From: a virus
Lineage: Duplodnaviria; Heunggongvirae; Uroviricota; Caudoviricetes
Length of the DNA: 64,000 bases
Virus record (IMG/VR): IMGVR_UViG_3300021400_002728
Span: 165,154 to 229,153 of that record
Direction: 5' to 3' (one strand)
A program made the position numbers and the translations under genes. This document shows, one piece after another, positions 21,317 to 30,763 of the stretch (position 1 is its first letter; each line of letters begins with the position of its first letter). The notes below the pieces were generated by a model. The model saw nothing but the letters and a program-made list of their open reading frames with translations. It searched no databases and had not been told where the DNA came from.

Positions 21317-22720
21317 TTATTTCATTCTTTTAATAGCTTCCTCAGCAAGAGGGCTTCTTACACATTGATCAGGTTCAAAGCGAATGATTGCACATAAAGG
21401 ACTACCTTTCATACAATCTTTTGCATAAACCAAACCGTTATTTCTCTTATCAAGCTTAGTATTATCAACCTGTGAAGGATCTCCAGCAATAATTACTTTT
21501 GTATTCTGACAAGGTCTGGTAACTACGTCTTTAATAAGATTCTTAGAAGCATTCTGTGCTTCATCACAGATAAGATAGGCATTGTTAATTGAACGACCTC
21601 TAATAGAATAAAGAGGGCATAATTCAATGTATCTATCATACATCATATCTTCAATGACTCGTCTTGTATCTGCAATAGGTGTGTCTTTATCACCAAGAAT
21701 AACTTCGAGGTTATCCATATAAGACGCAACCATAGGACCCATCTTTTCCTCAAGTGTACCTGGCAAATAACCAAAGTCTGCATCAGATGTATTAGCATTA
21801 GGTCTAGAAATTAGAATTCTGTTATAGATTTCTTGTGTATCATTATCTGACTTCTTTTTGCTAATACCTAACTGATGTAATCCGCATGCCAATGATGCAA
21901 ATGTTTTAGATGTACCTGCAGGTCCTTCTAGAATAACTAAAGGAATATCAGGATTAGTTAATGCCCACATTGCATATGTTTGCATCTTATTAAGTGGATG
22001 AATATTTCCATGCACAATAATATCATTGATCTGCTTAATAATACCTTTCTGATATACTGTAAGCACGCATTTATCACCACATGTAATAGTTACAAACTGA
22101 TTTTCATATAATGGATATTTTAATTTTCCAATTTCGTCAATCAATTCTGCCTCTATTTGATGATTCTTATAAATTTCATCTATAATAGTCCAATCTGCAA
22201 TTTCAAGATTTAAGTGACCTGAATATCCAATATACTCGATCTCTTCACTTTTTATAGTATCAGCATTAACATCACATATAAGTGAATTAATAAAACATCC
22301 AGTATCATTTGTGAGAAGAGTAACTGGACTATCTTTAAGATAGTTCTTATTCATATGTACACAAGAAGAAATTATTCTATTGTCTGGAACTGATATATCA
22401 TATCCTTTAGGAAGATTAGAAACATCAACTCCATCTGGCTCAAAGAATAACTTTCCACCATTAGGAAGATCAATTCCCTGATCTCTTACAATTTTAATTC
22501 TGTCTTCTTTAGGTACATTGTCAATTGCATCTTTAATTAAATTAGCAATGATACGGAGAGCTTCTCTGGCATTATAACCAGGCTCTCCTGCATCTTTTTT
22601 GTGTTTATCTAATTCCTGGATAACTGTACCACAAAGACGAACATTGTTATCCTCGAAACTAAAAATAGCATTAGGATTGGACATCAAAATATTGGTGTCG
22701 AGTAAATAGTTCTTAACCAA
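21317..22720 (-). CDS. phoH: PIN-PhoH family ATPase (PhoH2/YlaK-like)
   Basis: PIN LLDTNIL, DNRII; GPAGTSKT, GYLPG.LEEK, RGRS, DEAQN, GDPSQ.D. Confidence 0.9.
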   Translation of the reverse strand: MVKNYLLDTNILMSNPNAIFSFEDNNVRLCGTVIQELDKHKKDAGEPGYNAREALRIIANLIKDAIDNVPKEDRIKIVRDQGIDLPNGGKLFFEPDGVDVSNLPKGYDISVPDNRIISSCVHMNKNYLKDSPVTLLTNDTGCFINSLICDVNADTIKSEEIEYIGYSGHLNLEIADWTIIDEIYKNHQIEAELIDEIGKLKYPLYENQFVTITCGDKCVLTVYQKGIIKQINDIIVHGNIHPLNKMQTYAMWALTNPDIPLVILEGPAGTSKTFASLACGLHQLGISKKKSDNDTQEIYNRILISRPNANTSDADFGYLPGTLEEKMGPMVASYMDNLEVILGDKDTPIADTRRVIEDMMYDRYIELCPLYSIRGRSINNAYLICDEAQNASKNLIKDVVTRPCQNTKVIIAGDPSQVDNTKLDKRNNGLVYAKDCMKGSPLCAIIRFEPDQCVRSPLAEEAIKRMK

Positions 22721-22735
22721 TGTACATTTCTCCTT

Positions 22736-23407
22736 TTAGATTATTTCGTCTATATCACAGTCTTCACCTACAATATAATCTGCCACTCCGACTTCTTTAG
22801 CTTTCTTTGGAAGGAAGTACCATTCAACTCTATATTTCTCATCATATAACTCGCTAGAAATCTTAGTACGGTTTATAATGTAGTTCTTGGTCATCTGTTC
22901 TAACTCGCCAAGTTCAAAATCCATTCGATCTTTCACCTTTGCAGTTGAACCAAATGCCATATTTGAACCATCATGCATTAAAAATTCTGCGTGTGGCATA
23001 GTAAATCTTTTCTGACCTGCAATAAAAATGAGAAATCCCATACTATAGCACATTGCCTGATTTATTGTATAAACAGGTGTTTTGCTAGTAAGAATTGCAT
23101 CGATTAAACCATAACCCGCACAAACATCACCGCCTGGGCTATTGATATAAAGTTTAATTGGGACTCGGTCTTCAATAGGTTTACCTTTATCTTGTCTGTT
23201 ATATCTTAAGATATGCCAAACTATAGACTCGATAATCTCTTCATCGATACCAAAGTTAATGTATAGTCGTCTACCATCAATTTCTTCAATATCAAAGGTA
23301 TCTTCTATACAAAGATTAACTACGCTTTTTGCCTCCTCTTTTTTATTTGATTTTGTTGTCGGCGTCTTAGCGCTGGCCTTGGTTGTTTTGTTTTCTGCCA
23401 TAGACAT
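22736..23407 (-). CDS. clpP: ClpP-like serine protease
   Basis: IKLYINSPGG, CYSMG (catalytic Ser), FLMH. Confidence 0.85.
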   Translation of the reverse strand: MSMAENKTTKASAKTPTTKSNKKEEAKSVVNLCIEDTFDIEEIDGRRLYINFGIDEEIIESIVWHILRYNRQDKGKPIEDRVPIKLYINSPGGDVCAGYGLIDAILTSKTPVYTINQAMCYSMGFLIFIAGQKRFTMPHAEFLMHDGSNMAFGSTAKVKDRMDFELGELEQMTKNYIINRTKISSELYDEKYRVEWYFLPKKAKEVGVADYIVGEDCDIDEII

Positions 23408-23453
23408 AAATTTCCTTTCTGGTTTTTATGTTAAATAGCTTGTGCTATAAACA

Positions 23454-23669
23454 TTACTTAATGCCATGCTCATCGAAGAAATGAATCATAAACCATTCAT
23501 GCGCATCTTCAATAATCTCTTCGTATTCCTTCTTAGTTAAATCCTCTTCAGAAATACCAAATTTATTCTCCTGTAATGCAAGTACTTCAAAGCAACAATT
23601 ACTTACTGCATTATAATATTTGGATCTAAATGTTGATTTTAATTCTTCCATCTTTTCTTCTGATAACAT
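23454..23669 (-). CDS. hypothetical protein
   Basis: ORF with GGAGG RBS. Confidence 0.65.
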   Translation of the reverse strand: MLSEEKMEELKSTFRSKYYNAVSNCCFEVLALQENKFGISEEDLTKKEYEEIIEDAHEWFMIHFFDEHGIK

Positions 23670-23681
23670 GATAATACCTCC

Positions 23682-23924
23682 TTATAAATCTAAATGAAAA
23701 TATTTAATAAGAACTTGAGTAATTCTATTCCAAGAATCTCTGTCAAGTTCTGCACCTCGTATAGTTTCACCAGTGGTACCATCAACGATATCAACATCAT
23801 CAAAGTAAAATGGATTATCAGCGTCAATTTTATCACCAAATTTTTCTAGAAATTTCTGTTTATACTTAAGTTGATCGTTATAATTAGAAATTTCATCTGA
23901 GAATATGTTTATTACGTCTTTCAT
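23682..23924 (-). CDS. hypothetical protein
   Basis: ORF with GGAGG RBS. Confidence 0.65.
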   Translation of the reverse strand: MKDVINIFSDEISNYNDQLKYKQKFLEKFGDKIDADNPFYFDDVDIVDGTTGETIRGAELDRDSWNRITQVLIKYFHLDL

Positions 23925-23969
23925 ATTGACCTCCTTTAGTGATTATCACTGATAATCCATTTTTTGTTT

Positions 23970-24488
23970 TTAACCGAAATTCGGTTTGAATCCTACAAAT
24001 TTGTTTCCATTGTATTCCTGTTCAGCTAACTTACCCTCAGCGCCATAGTAATTACCTGTTTTCTGAGACTTAGCCTGGAATTTAATAGTATCACCTGCAA
24101 GTAAATGAGCTACTTCATCATCAGTAAATCTATGCTCACTCCAAACTCTCTTTACTTTGACTTCTTTACCATTCCACATACCAGTAAATCTTTCTACATC
24201 ATCCTGCTGTGGCTTTTCGTCGAATTTAATTGCAAATCCAAGATATTCGTGAGTACTACCGTCATCTGCAGTAAATGACTGCATAGAAAGAGATCCTTTT
24301 GCTGTATAAGGTTTTCCTGCCTTTGAAACAGCTTCAAATTCAATTGTTTCACCTGCAAATAGCTTAGCAGCTTCTTCTGCTGAGAACGTATGACCTTCCC
24401 AGTGAGGATTCTTTCCCCATACTTTCTTTATACTATATGGGTTACCATCTGTCCAGGTACCATTTATTTTTTCTACTGTATCTGCCAT
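23970..24488 (-). CDS. stand-alone tandem topoisomerase-III C-terminal-repeat-like protein
   Basis: two repeats K.VW..H.F..EE...L.AG.TI.F.A.S.K.G..Y.A.G.L. Confidence 0.65.
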   Translation of the reverse strand: MADTVEKINGTWTDGNPYSIKKVWGKNPHWEGHTFSAEEAAKLFAGETIEFEAVSKAGKPYTAKGSLSMQSFTADDGSTHEYLGFAIKFDEKPQQDDVERFTGMWNGKEVKVKRVWSEHRFTDDEVAHLLAGDTIKFQAKSQKTGNYYGAEGKLAEQEYNGNKFVGFKPNFG

Positions 24489-24539
24489 AATAATTTCCTT
24501 TCTAAACTAAGTTTACTACTTATATAATTAAATAGTTCT

Positions 24540-25301
24540 TTAGTATGTTTTTGATAAACCTTCTAAGCATACCCAAAGACATCCACCTAAAAGAATAAGT
24601 GGAGCAAATGGAAGTGCAACTACTACTCCAGTAGCCACTAAAGCCCCCATTCCAACACCTTTAGCAACGTCACCAGTTTTATCTAATGCATTTCCAATAG
24701 CTTCTTTTCTAGCAGCTTTCTTAGCTTCTTTGGCTGCTTCTGCATCCTCTAACTCTTTTGCTTTTCTAGCAGCTTCAAATTCTTCTGCAAATACGAGCTT
24801 ACTAAGGTTAATATTATAAGTACTATCTGCGTTTAACTGATCTTCAAATAAATCAAAAATTCTTTGTACTCTTTGTTGATCGTGTTCTATCCAATCTCCA
24901 CCCATAGAACAATTAGACTGACTTAATACAACCTGATCTAAGTTAGAAAATTCAAATTTACCGGGTTTATCATTAGCTAAATTTTCATAGTATTCAAGTA
25001 CAGGATCTTCTGATAACTCACGTATACAATCAGGATTTCTATATACTTTGCCATTTATCATTTCCTCTTCTGGCTCATCATATCCAAATTTACCATTTTT
25101 GCATACAATATAAATAAGTAAACTTATATCATTATTACGATCTGTAGTTAAACGAAACTCCTGAACATGAAGATCAAATTCGAATTTTACAGGACCACTA
25201 CGAGTACGAGTGTCTAATGTTATATGTCTACCTTCATTATCTTCCTTAAATTTAGCTTCCATTTGAGTAACTAATTTATCAATTTGATCAAAGTTTAACA
25301 T
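24540..25301 (-). CDS. hypothetical protein with C-terminal membrane anchor
   Basis: hydrophobic C-terminus. Confidence 0.65.
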   Translation of the reverse strand: MLNFDQIDKLVTQMEAKFKEDNEGRHITLDTRTRSGPVKFEFDLHVQEFRLTTDRNNDISLLIYIVCKNGKFGYDEPEEEMINGKVYRNPDCIRELSEDPVLEYYENLANDKPGKFEFSNLDQVVLSQSNCSMGGDWIEHDQQRVQRIFDLFEDQLNADSTYNINLSKLVFAEEFEAARKAKELEDAEAAKEAKKAARKEAIGNALDKTGDVAKGVGMGALVATGVVVALPFAPLILLGGCLWVCLEGLSKTY

Positions 25302-25329
25302 AATATTCCTCCTTATTTATAATAAACAA

Positions 25330-25391
25330 AAAATAACTCATCTATTTCTAGACAAGTTATTTTTCGCATTCATTCTTATATAATTAAATAG
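25330..25391 (-). repeat. leader element copy 4 (covariant stem)
   Basis: AAATAAC..GTTATTTT. Confidence 0.8.
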
Positions 25392-25565
25392 TCTTTATTT
25401 ATCTCGTTCCTTGAAGTATCTACATGCCCTTTGCCCAAATATAGAAATATGTTTTCCAACAATATCTGAATTAAGACATACACATGTTGATGAACAATTA
25501 TACCGACAGTCTCGACAGTTCTTTGGTTTTATCGGTTTAGTTTTAACTTTCATGATTATTTACCT

Positions 25566-25820
25566 TTACATAGCATCGATAATCTTCTTATATTCGTCAT
25601 CATCTGGAACAAGATGAACTTGATTATTCCAGTCTGTAAGCCAAATAATAGATCTATCTAAGCATTCCTCTTTAGTTCTGTTTGGATTGTACTTATAAAT
25701 TAACTTAGCATACTTTTTGACATCTGAACGTCTATTTTTACAATCAGCTAAACGTTCCCAAGCAGCATAGTCATCTCTTTTAAGTTCTTCTCTCCAATCA
25801 TCATTCCAATTTTCGTCCAT
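25566..25820 (-). CDS. hypothetical protein
   Basis: ORF with GGAGG RBS. Confidence 0.65.
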   Translation of the reverse strand: MDENWNDDWREELKRDDYAAWERLADCKNRRSDVKKYAKLIYKYNPNRTKEECLDRSIIWLTDWNNQVHLVPDDDEYKKIIDAM

Positions 25821-25832
25821 ATTAATTCCTCC

Positions 25833-26255
25833 TTAATAACTTTTATTAATTATTGTATAATCTTTAGGAATAGATTGATATTCTGAATATTCTGGTGTAT
25901 TAATGTAATCTGCATCTGGATTAAATAAGAATTGAGATAATTCAGATTCACTCATATTAAATCCGAACATATAATCTTCAAATTCAAGATCTGTACCAGT
26001 GTCGTTAATTACATTGACACCTTTACTAGCTAAGTACTGTAAATATGCCGATGCATATCCATTTTCTTCAGCAAGACTATACATAAATGCCATTCTCGTT
26101 TCAATAGATGGATGACGATCTGAAATATAGTCAGTACTCATAAGCTTAGATAATTTTATTTCTGTTGGAATTTTCTGTCCTTTATTAGGTGGTAATATGA
26201 AACAGTGTGAACTAGAACTATTAGTTTCAAATAATCCATTTCTTACATTAAACAT
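25833..26255 (-). CDS. FETNSSS-motif family protein
   Basis: MFNVRNGLFETNSSSSH. Confidence 0.75.
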   Translation of the reverse strand: MFNVRNGLFETNSSSSHCFILPPNKGQKIPTEIKLSKLMSTDYISDRHPSIETRMAFMYSLAEENGYASAYLQYLASKGVNVINDTGTDLEFEDYMFGFNMSESELSQFLFNPDADYINTPEYSEYQSIPKDYTIINKSY

Positions 26256-26276
26256 ATTTAGTCTCCTTTACAAAAC

Positions 26277-26333
26277 AAATACCTAATCTTTACAGACTAG
26301 GTATTTTTCAATTCCTCTATTATAATTAAATAG
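26277..26333 (-). repeat. leader element copy 5 (covariant stem)
   Basis: AAATACC..GGTATTT. Confidence 0.8.
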
Positions 26334-26336
26334 CCA

Positions 26337-26753
26337 TTAATACTTACTTCTAATATCTTTTTTGCAATTTTCACAGATACGACCTGTTACATTTTGATAC
26401 ATTTCATTTAGATCGTGGGTAGTCTTACATGCGGTACATACTTTAGCTTCTTTAATAGCAGTATCAATAATTGTACTAAGTTGTAGATGATGTTTATTAT
26501 CTATAGTAGTAAGATAACTCTGTGCACCATATTCAGGACCGTCAAAACATACATATAAACCAATTTCAGTTCTTCCAGGTCTACATACTAATGCTATTCC
26601 ATACCATTCTTCATTTGTTTTACTCTGAAACTGTGGTATAGAAATTACAATCTGATCATCTTTTACAAAATCACATTTATAGTTGTTCAATTCAGCCAGC
26701 AAATATCTCATATCTGGGCGACTGTCTAAATCTACCATACTATCATCCTCCAT
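26337..26753 (-). CDS. hypothetical protein with C-terminal Zn finger
   Basis: CTAC...GRICENC; similar tail in 33317-33802. Confidence 0.65.
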   Translation of the reverse strand: MEDDSMVDLDSRPDMRYLLAELNNYKCDFVKDDQIVISIPQFQSKTNEEWYGIALVCRPGRTEIGLYVCFDGPEYGAQSYLTTIDNKHHLQLSTIIDTAIKEAKVCTACKTTHDLNEMYQNVTGRICENCKKDIRSKY

Positions 26754-27102
26754 TTCTTGCTATAATCCTATCATAATATTTTGATTCTCCAGCATCTTTA
26801 GTTCCAATAGTTATTTCTAGACTTACATCTGAATCAAGTCTATTTATTTTAGCTAGATAATTATAATACCTAACTATTTCATTTACTAGAGAATTTACAT
26901 CATCGTCCCAGTCTTCAGTAATCCATAACATAGCAATAACATCATCGTCATAGTGAACTGCCTCTACATGATAGTTTCGCAGATTATATGGAATGTTACA
27001 TATGTTAATAGCGTCACATCTTTCTGGTGGCATTTTGGTGTCAAATTTTGGTCCATTTACTTTTGGATCACTAAATTGACGAATAAAATCACGTGCTCTC
27101 AT
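26743..27102 (-). CDS. hypothetical protein
   Basis: overlapping-gene operon. Confidence 0.6.
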   Translation of the reverse strand: MRARDFIRQFSDPKVNGPKFDTKMPPERCDAINICNIPYNLRNYHVEAVHYDDDVIAMLWITEDWDDDVNSLVNEIVRYYNYLAKINRLDSDVSLEITIGTKDAGESKYYDRIIARNGG

Positions 27103-27424
27103 TTTGATGGACCTCCTTTGCCTTTTCCTTAAATGTTATATAGTCATACATAGTCTGTCCTATACTAGGTAATGTCATAGAACAAAATGTAGCCTTTGAA
27201 TATTCTAAAAATTCCTCTGAAAACTTAGTTCCAGAACAACACATTGATTTTATATATTTACGATTTTCCTTTGTATTTTCACGTCCAAGTAATTCAAGTG
27301 TATACTTAGTTGCAAAATACATTGGCAAACTGTTTGTATAGAAAAACATAACTAAATATGGTCGATCTAGTCCAGCAAGTAATATTATAACAAGTAGTAC
27401 GGTACACATTATAATCGACCACAT
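27089..27424 (-). CDS. hypothetical membrane protein
   Basis: hydrophobic N-terminus. Confidence 0.6.
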   Translation of the reverse strand: MWSIIMCTVLLVIILLAGLDRPYLVMFFYTNSLPMYFATKYTLELLGRENTKENRKYIKSMCCSGTKFSEEFLEYSKATFCSMTLPSIGQTMYDYITFKEKAKEVHQNEST

Positions 27425-27443
27425 TTTGACACTTCCTCTCTAT

Positions 27444-27749
27444 TTATTTTCTCGTGTCAAAGTTTATACAATCTCTTACAATTCTGTTATACAATAAACT
27501 ATCATAATTTTTAAACTCTGACCATTTGTAAGGTTTTTCATTAAATTTAGCCTTACCAGTAATATCATAATATTCTTTATCTATCTTACATATAAAATGA
27601 TTTTCTATAGGTAGATAGTATATTTCACCATTAAATCGTTCTTTCAGAATTACGGCAAAATAATAGCAGTTACCTGTTGTAAATACTTGCACAAGTTCCT
27701 GCTTATAAATAAACTTAAATTTATCAATAAATTTTTCTACATCTGTCAT
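27444..27749 (-). CDS. hypothetical protein
   Basis: G.CYYFA.IL..RF, H, YYDITG motif. Confidence 0.65.
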   Translation of the reverse strand: MTDVEKFIDKFKFIYKQELVQVFTTGNCYYFAVILKERFNGEIYYLPIENHFICKIDKEYYDITGKAKFNEKPYKWSEFKNYDSLLYNRIVRDCINFDTRK

Positions 27750-27964
27750 AGGCGCATTTCTTCCATATATATCTTAAGATAGTTTTCATTTCTAAATTCT
27801 GGCATTTCCTCCAAAACAATATTGTTCCAGACTTTCTGCCAGTCAACATTATTAGCCTCAGAAAAAATAATGTGACGAATAACAGTTTCTATAGAACCAT
27901 TGATACCACTTCGCGATAAACTAGTAGAAATAATTTCTTTAATATCCTGATTTGATAATTCCAT
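27746..27964 (-). CDS. hypothetical protein
   Basis: ORF with GGAGG RBS. Confidence 0.6.
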   Translation of the reverse strand: MELSNQDIKEIISTSLSRSGINGSIETVIRHIIFSEANNVDWQKVWNNIVLEEMPEFRNENYLKIYMEEMRL

Positions 27965-27975
27965 AATTAGCCTCC

Positions 27976-28416
27976 TTAAGGTACGCTATCTAAAAGTTGT
28001 GTAGGTGATAAGAACATTAAACAAGGAAAGTTTCGTATTACACCAAACACAATAAGTGTTACAAGAAATAAACCAATGAACCATAGAGTAAATTTTGACC
28101 ATTTACCTTTGAATATATAGAAGAAATTTTGATAAATGTAAATGAGAATTACAATTGGCCACATAATAAATACATACTGATTCCATCTAAATGCTTGAAC
28201 AAAATCATGATCGTAAAGTGCACTTTCCATAAGTCTAGTAGTACCACAACCAGGACAATTGATGTCAAAGTTCTGATGGATAGGACATTGTATTCTGTAA
28301 CCAACATGCCATTCTATGATTACAAAAGCGATACATATACAAACTATAAATATGTTTATAAGTAAGACCAGCTGGACTCTGTCCATACTGGTCTTCTCGG
28401 AGGAGGGTCTATTCAT
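27976..28416 (-). CDS. DUF2752-like membrane protein
   Basis: CP.....I.CPGCGTTR, AFRWN, FGVIRN with TM segments. Confidence 0.7.
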   Translation of the reverse strand: MNRPSSEKTSMDRVQLVLLINIFIVCICIAFVIIEWHVGYRIQCPIHQNFDINCPGCGTTRLMESALYDHDFVQAFRWNQYVFIMWPIVILIYIYQNFFYIFKGKWSKFTLWFIGLFLVTLIVFGVIRNFPCLMFLSPTQLLDSVP

Positions 28417-28429
28417 TTACTTACTTTCC

Positions 28430-28735
28430 TTAATTATTCGCATACATTCCAGCACCAGCAAGAATGATATTGTACATATACTGGAGAAGAGATACGTTGT
28501 CACCCTTGAAGTACTGGATCTTAGCGATCATCTTCTTCTGATATGCTGTAGCCTTAACATAAACATTCATGAAATTGATAAGCTGCTTCTTCTTCTCAGC
28601 CATGTTAATAGTCTCATCGAGGCAAATCTTATCAAACTGATCATGATACTCAGAAAGGGTAAAAACGATTGAACCTTCCTTTGTGCTAAGATCTACCATG
28701 TTTTTCTTTTCATTAACTTTCTTTGCCATTTTCAA
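28430..28735 (-). CDS. hypothetical protein behind sigmaA promoter
   Basis: ORF with GGAGG RBS. Confidence 0.7.
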   Translation of the reverse strand: MKMAKKVNEKKNMVDLSTKEGSIVFTLSEYHDQFDKICLDETINMAEKKKQLINFMNVYVKATAYQKKMIAKIQYFKGDNVSLLQYMYNIILAGAGMYANN

Positions 28736-28775
28736 ATACCTCCACGCATTTGTTTTTTATTTATTTTATAATTAT

Positions 28776-28804
28776 ATTATAACAAGAATCGAGGTATTTG
28801 TAAA
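28776..28804 (-). promoter_or_regulatory. sigmaA-type promoter
   Basis: TTTACA-N17-TATAAT with TG. Confidence 0.75.
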
Positions 28805-28853
28805 CAATTTTTTGAAATTTTTTCAAAAAATTTTTAATATTTTGAGATAATCA

Positions 28854-29411
28854 TTAATATTTACTATATTGAATACGCTCACCGTTTTCATAATAGTAAA
28901 CATGTGAATTTTCAAATGGTACTATTACTGTCTTTTTATACTGTTCACGTCTATCAGCATCTTGAGCATGTTCTGCAGCACCTTTAAGATGTTCGGTTAA
29001 AAACTGTTCTATGTTTTCATCATATCTATCTTGCCACTGACTATATCTACTAGAATAGTTTTTATGAAGTGTGTCAGCAACTATAGTGATAGTAAACTTA
29101 ATTACATGTTTATCTGGAAAATATGTATAATCTATATTCTCATAATCAGAAATACAATTCTGTCTAATATTACTTATATACAACCATAGATCTCTTATGA
29201 GTATATCTTCTTCAATATCTATGTCAAGGCCCTTAAATAAAAAACTTGCTTCATATTCAAGTTCTCTATTGTCGCCTTCTCCATTTCCAGTATTAGACTT
29301 AGAATCTCCAGTACTTCCAAGAGTAGCATGATTAGACAAAGCTCTATGCTCAGTTTTTCTTAAATTATTACGCATTGTATTACCTGCGCTTATAAGATGT
29401 GCTGTTCCCAT
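28854..29411 (-). CDS. hypothetical protein, MGTAHL N-terminus
   Basis: shares N-terminus with 29434-30027. Confidence 0.7.
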   Translation of the reverse strand: MGTAHLISAGNTMRNNLRKTEHRALSNHATLGSTGDSKSNTGNGEGDNRELEYEASFLFKGLDIDIEEDILIRDLWLYISNIRQNCISDYENIDYTYFPDKHVIKFTITIVADTLHKNYSSRYSQWQDRYDENIEQFLTEHLKGAAEHAQDADRREQYKKTVIVPFENSHVYYYENGERIQYSKY

Positions 29412-29433
29412 TTAAATGCCTCCATATAATGTT

Positions 29434-30027
29434 CTAACTAACTTTTCTAACAGTCTCACCATCTGTTGTAGCAAACAATTCACCCATTCTACGTCGATAT
29501 TGAACTGATTCTACATTAAGTAATTCTGGTAATTTAATTGCTATAAAATACTCAAGTCTATCCTCAAAATCTGCAAGCACCTTGTCTAATCCAAGTCGAC
29601 GACGTAATGCATTCCAATCACCTATAAAAGGTCTAGTAAAATACACACTCACTACAATAGTACTATCATCTTCATTATACTCAAATTCATTCTCATGTTG
29701 AAAGCTATAATATTCTTCTAGTGATTCATTTTCTTTATAGTCAAAATCTACAGTTGTAAAATGTTCAAGAGCACTTTCGTTTTCGAATGGCTCAGATAAA
29801 TACTTCTCTAATATTGGTTCCATTTCTTTTGCTGGAACAGATATATTTTCTAATTGATAAGACATCCTATACTCAAAGAAAAATGTTTTAGGTTCTTCTT
29901 TTTCATTTGATGATGCTCCACTAAATTTTTTAGTTGATGAACTACTAGATGAACCGCTATGATTATGATGAGTATGAGCTTTAGTTCTACCTCTACTTGC
30001 CATCATAAGTAAATGTGCTGTTCCCAT
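29434..30027 (-). CDS. hypothetical protein, MGTAHL N-terminus
   Basis: shares N-terminus with 28854-29411. Confidence 0.7.
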   Translation of the reverse strand: MGTAHLLMMASRGRTKAHTHHNHSGSSSSSSTKKFSGASSNEKEEPKTFFFEYRMSYQLENISVPAKEMEPILEKYLSEPFENESALEHFTTVDFDYKENESLEEYYSFQHENEFEYNEDDSTIVVSVYFTRPFIGDWNALRRRLGLDKVLADFEDRLEYFIAIKLPELLNVESVQYRRRMGELFATTDGETVRKVS

Positions 30028-30030
30028 TTA

Positions 30031-30495
30031 TTATACCTCCTCAAACTTCTGATCTTTACGAGAATCAATTTCGGCATGTTCACCATCAAAATCAATAACA
30101 GTAGTTGAATTCATATTATCAAGATCAATTTCACCTTCAAGTTCAACATCATCTGATACTTGTACAGATGCACCATTAAGATAACCTAAATCATCAAGAC
30201 CTCTCTGTCTAAAATAAGTCTCAGTAATCCATTTCTGTTGCTCAAAGTAATACTGAACACGTGAAATCTGACCTTGCATTTTAGTAATACCTGCACCTTT
30301 ATGAGTACCATCTACTGTTGTACCTAGTGTTGAACCAAGCGCCATCATTGAAGCTGTCTGTTCCAAACGTCCAGCTACGACCTAAATACGAGCAGCACAA
30401 TTATGGGTAAAGATCATATTCTTATCCATGGTTGTTCCACTCTTATTTAGATCACCTCCTTTACGCTTAAAAACTTTTTCTAAAATATTTAACAT
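30031..30495 (-). CDS. FtsK-like ATPase C-terminal fragment preceded by an intein-like THN|C junction; in-frame TAG at 30382-30384
   Basis: GGAGG + ATG at 30495; ...NMIFTHN|CAARI*VVAGRLEQTASMMALGS...KGAG...RVQYYF continues the FtsK fold after ...IIQNN of 14251-15273. Confidence 0.6.
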
Positions 30496-30517
30496 AATTT
30501 TCCTCCTATTATTTCAA

Positions 30518-30763
30518 TTAAGAATGTACAAATAAAATAGCAACTTCGTTATCTACAATATGATCTAAGTGCTCCATTGTATTCTGTGCGTATTTACCTG
30601 CTCCACCATCAAATGGATCTTCTGCACACCAATCTAAATCATACTCAGGAATTTCTGATTTGATAACATGAGCTAAATTATCTACGTAATTCTCTAACAT
30701 ATTTTCAAGATCTCTTTTGATCTTCTTACGAACTTCTGCTTTTATTTCGTTTACGTCAGCCAT
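30518..30763 (-). CDS. hypothetical protein
   Basis: ORF with GGAGG RBS. Confidence 0.65.
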   Translation of the reverse strand: MADVNEIKAEVRKKIKRDLENMLENYVDNLAHVIKSEIPEYDLDWCAEDPFDGGAGKYAQNTMEHLDHIVDNEVAILFVHS

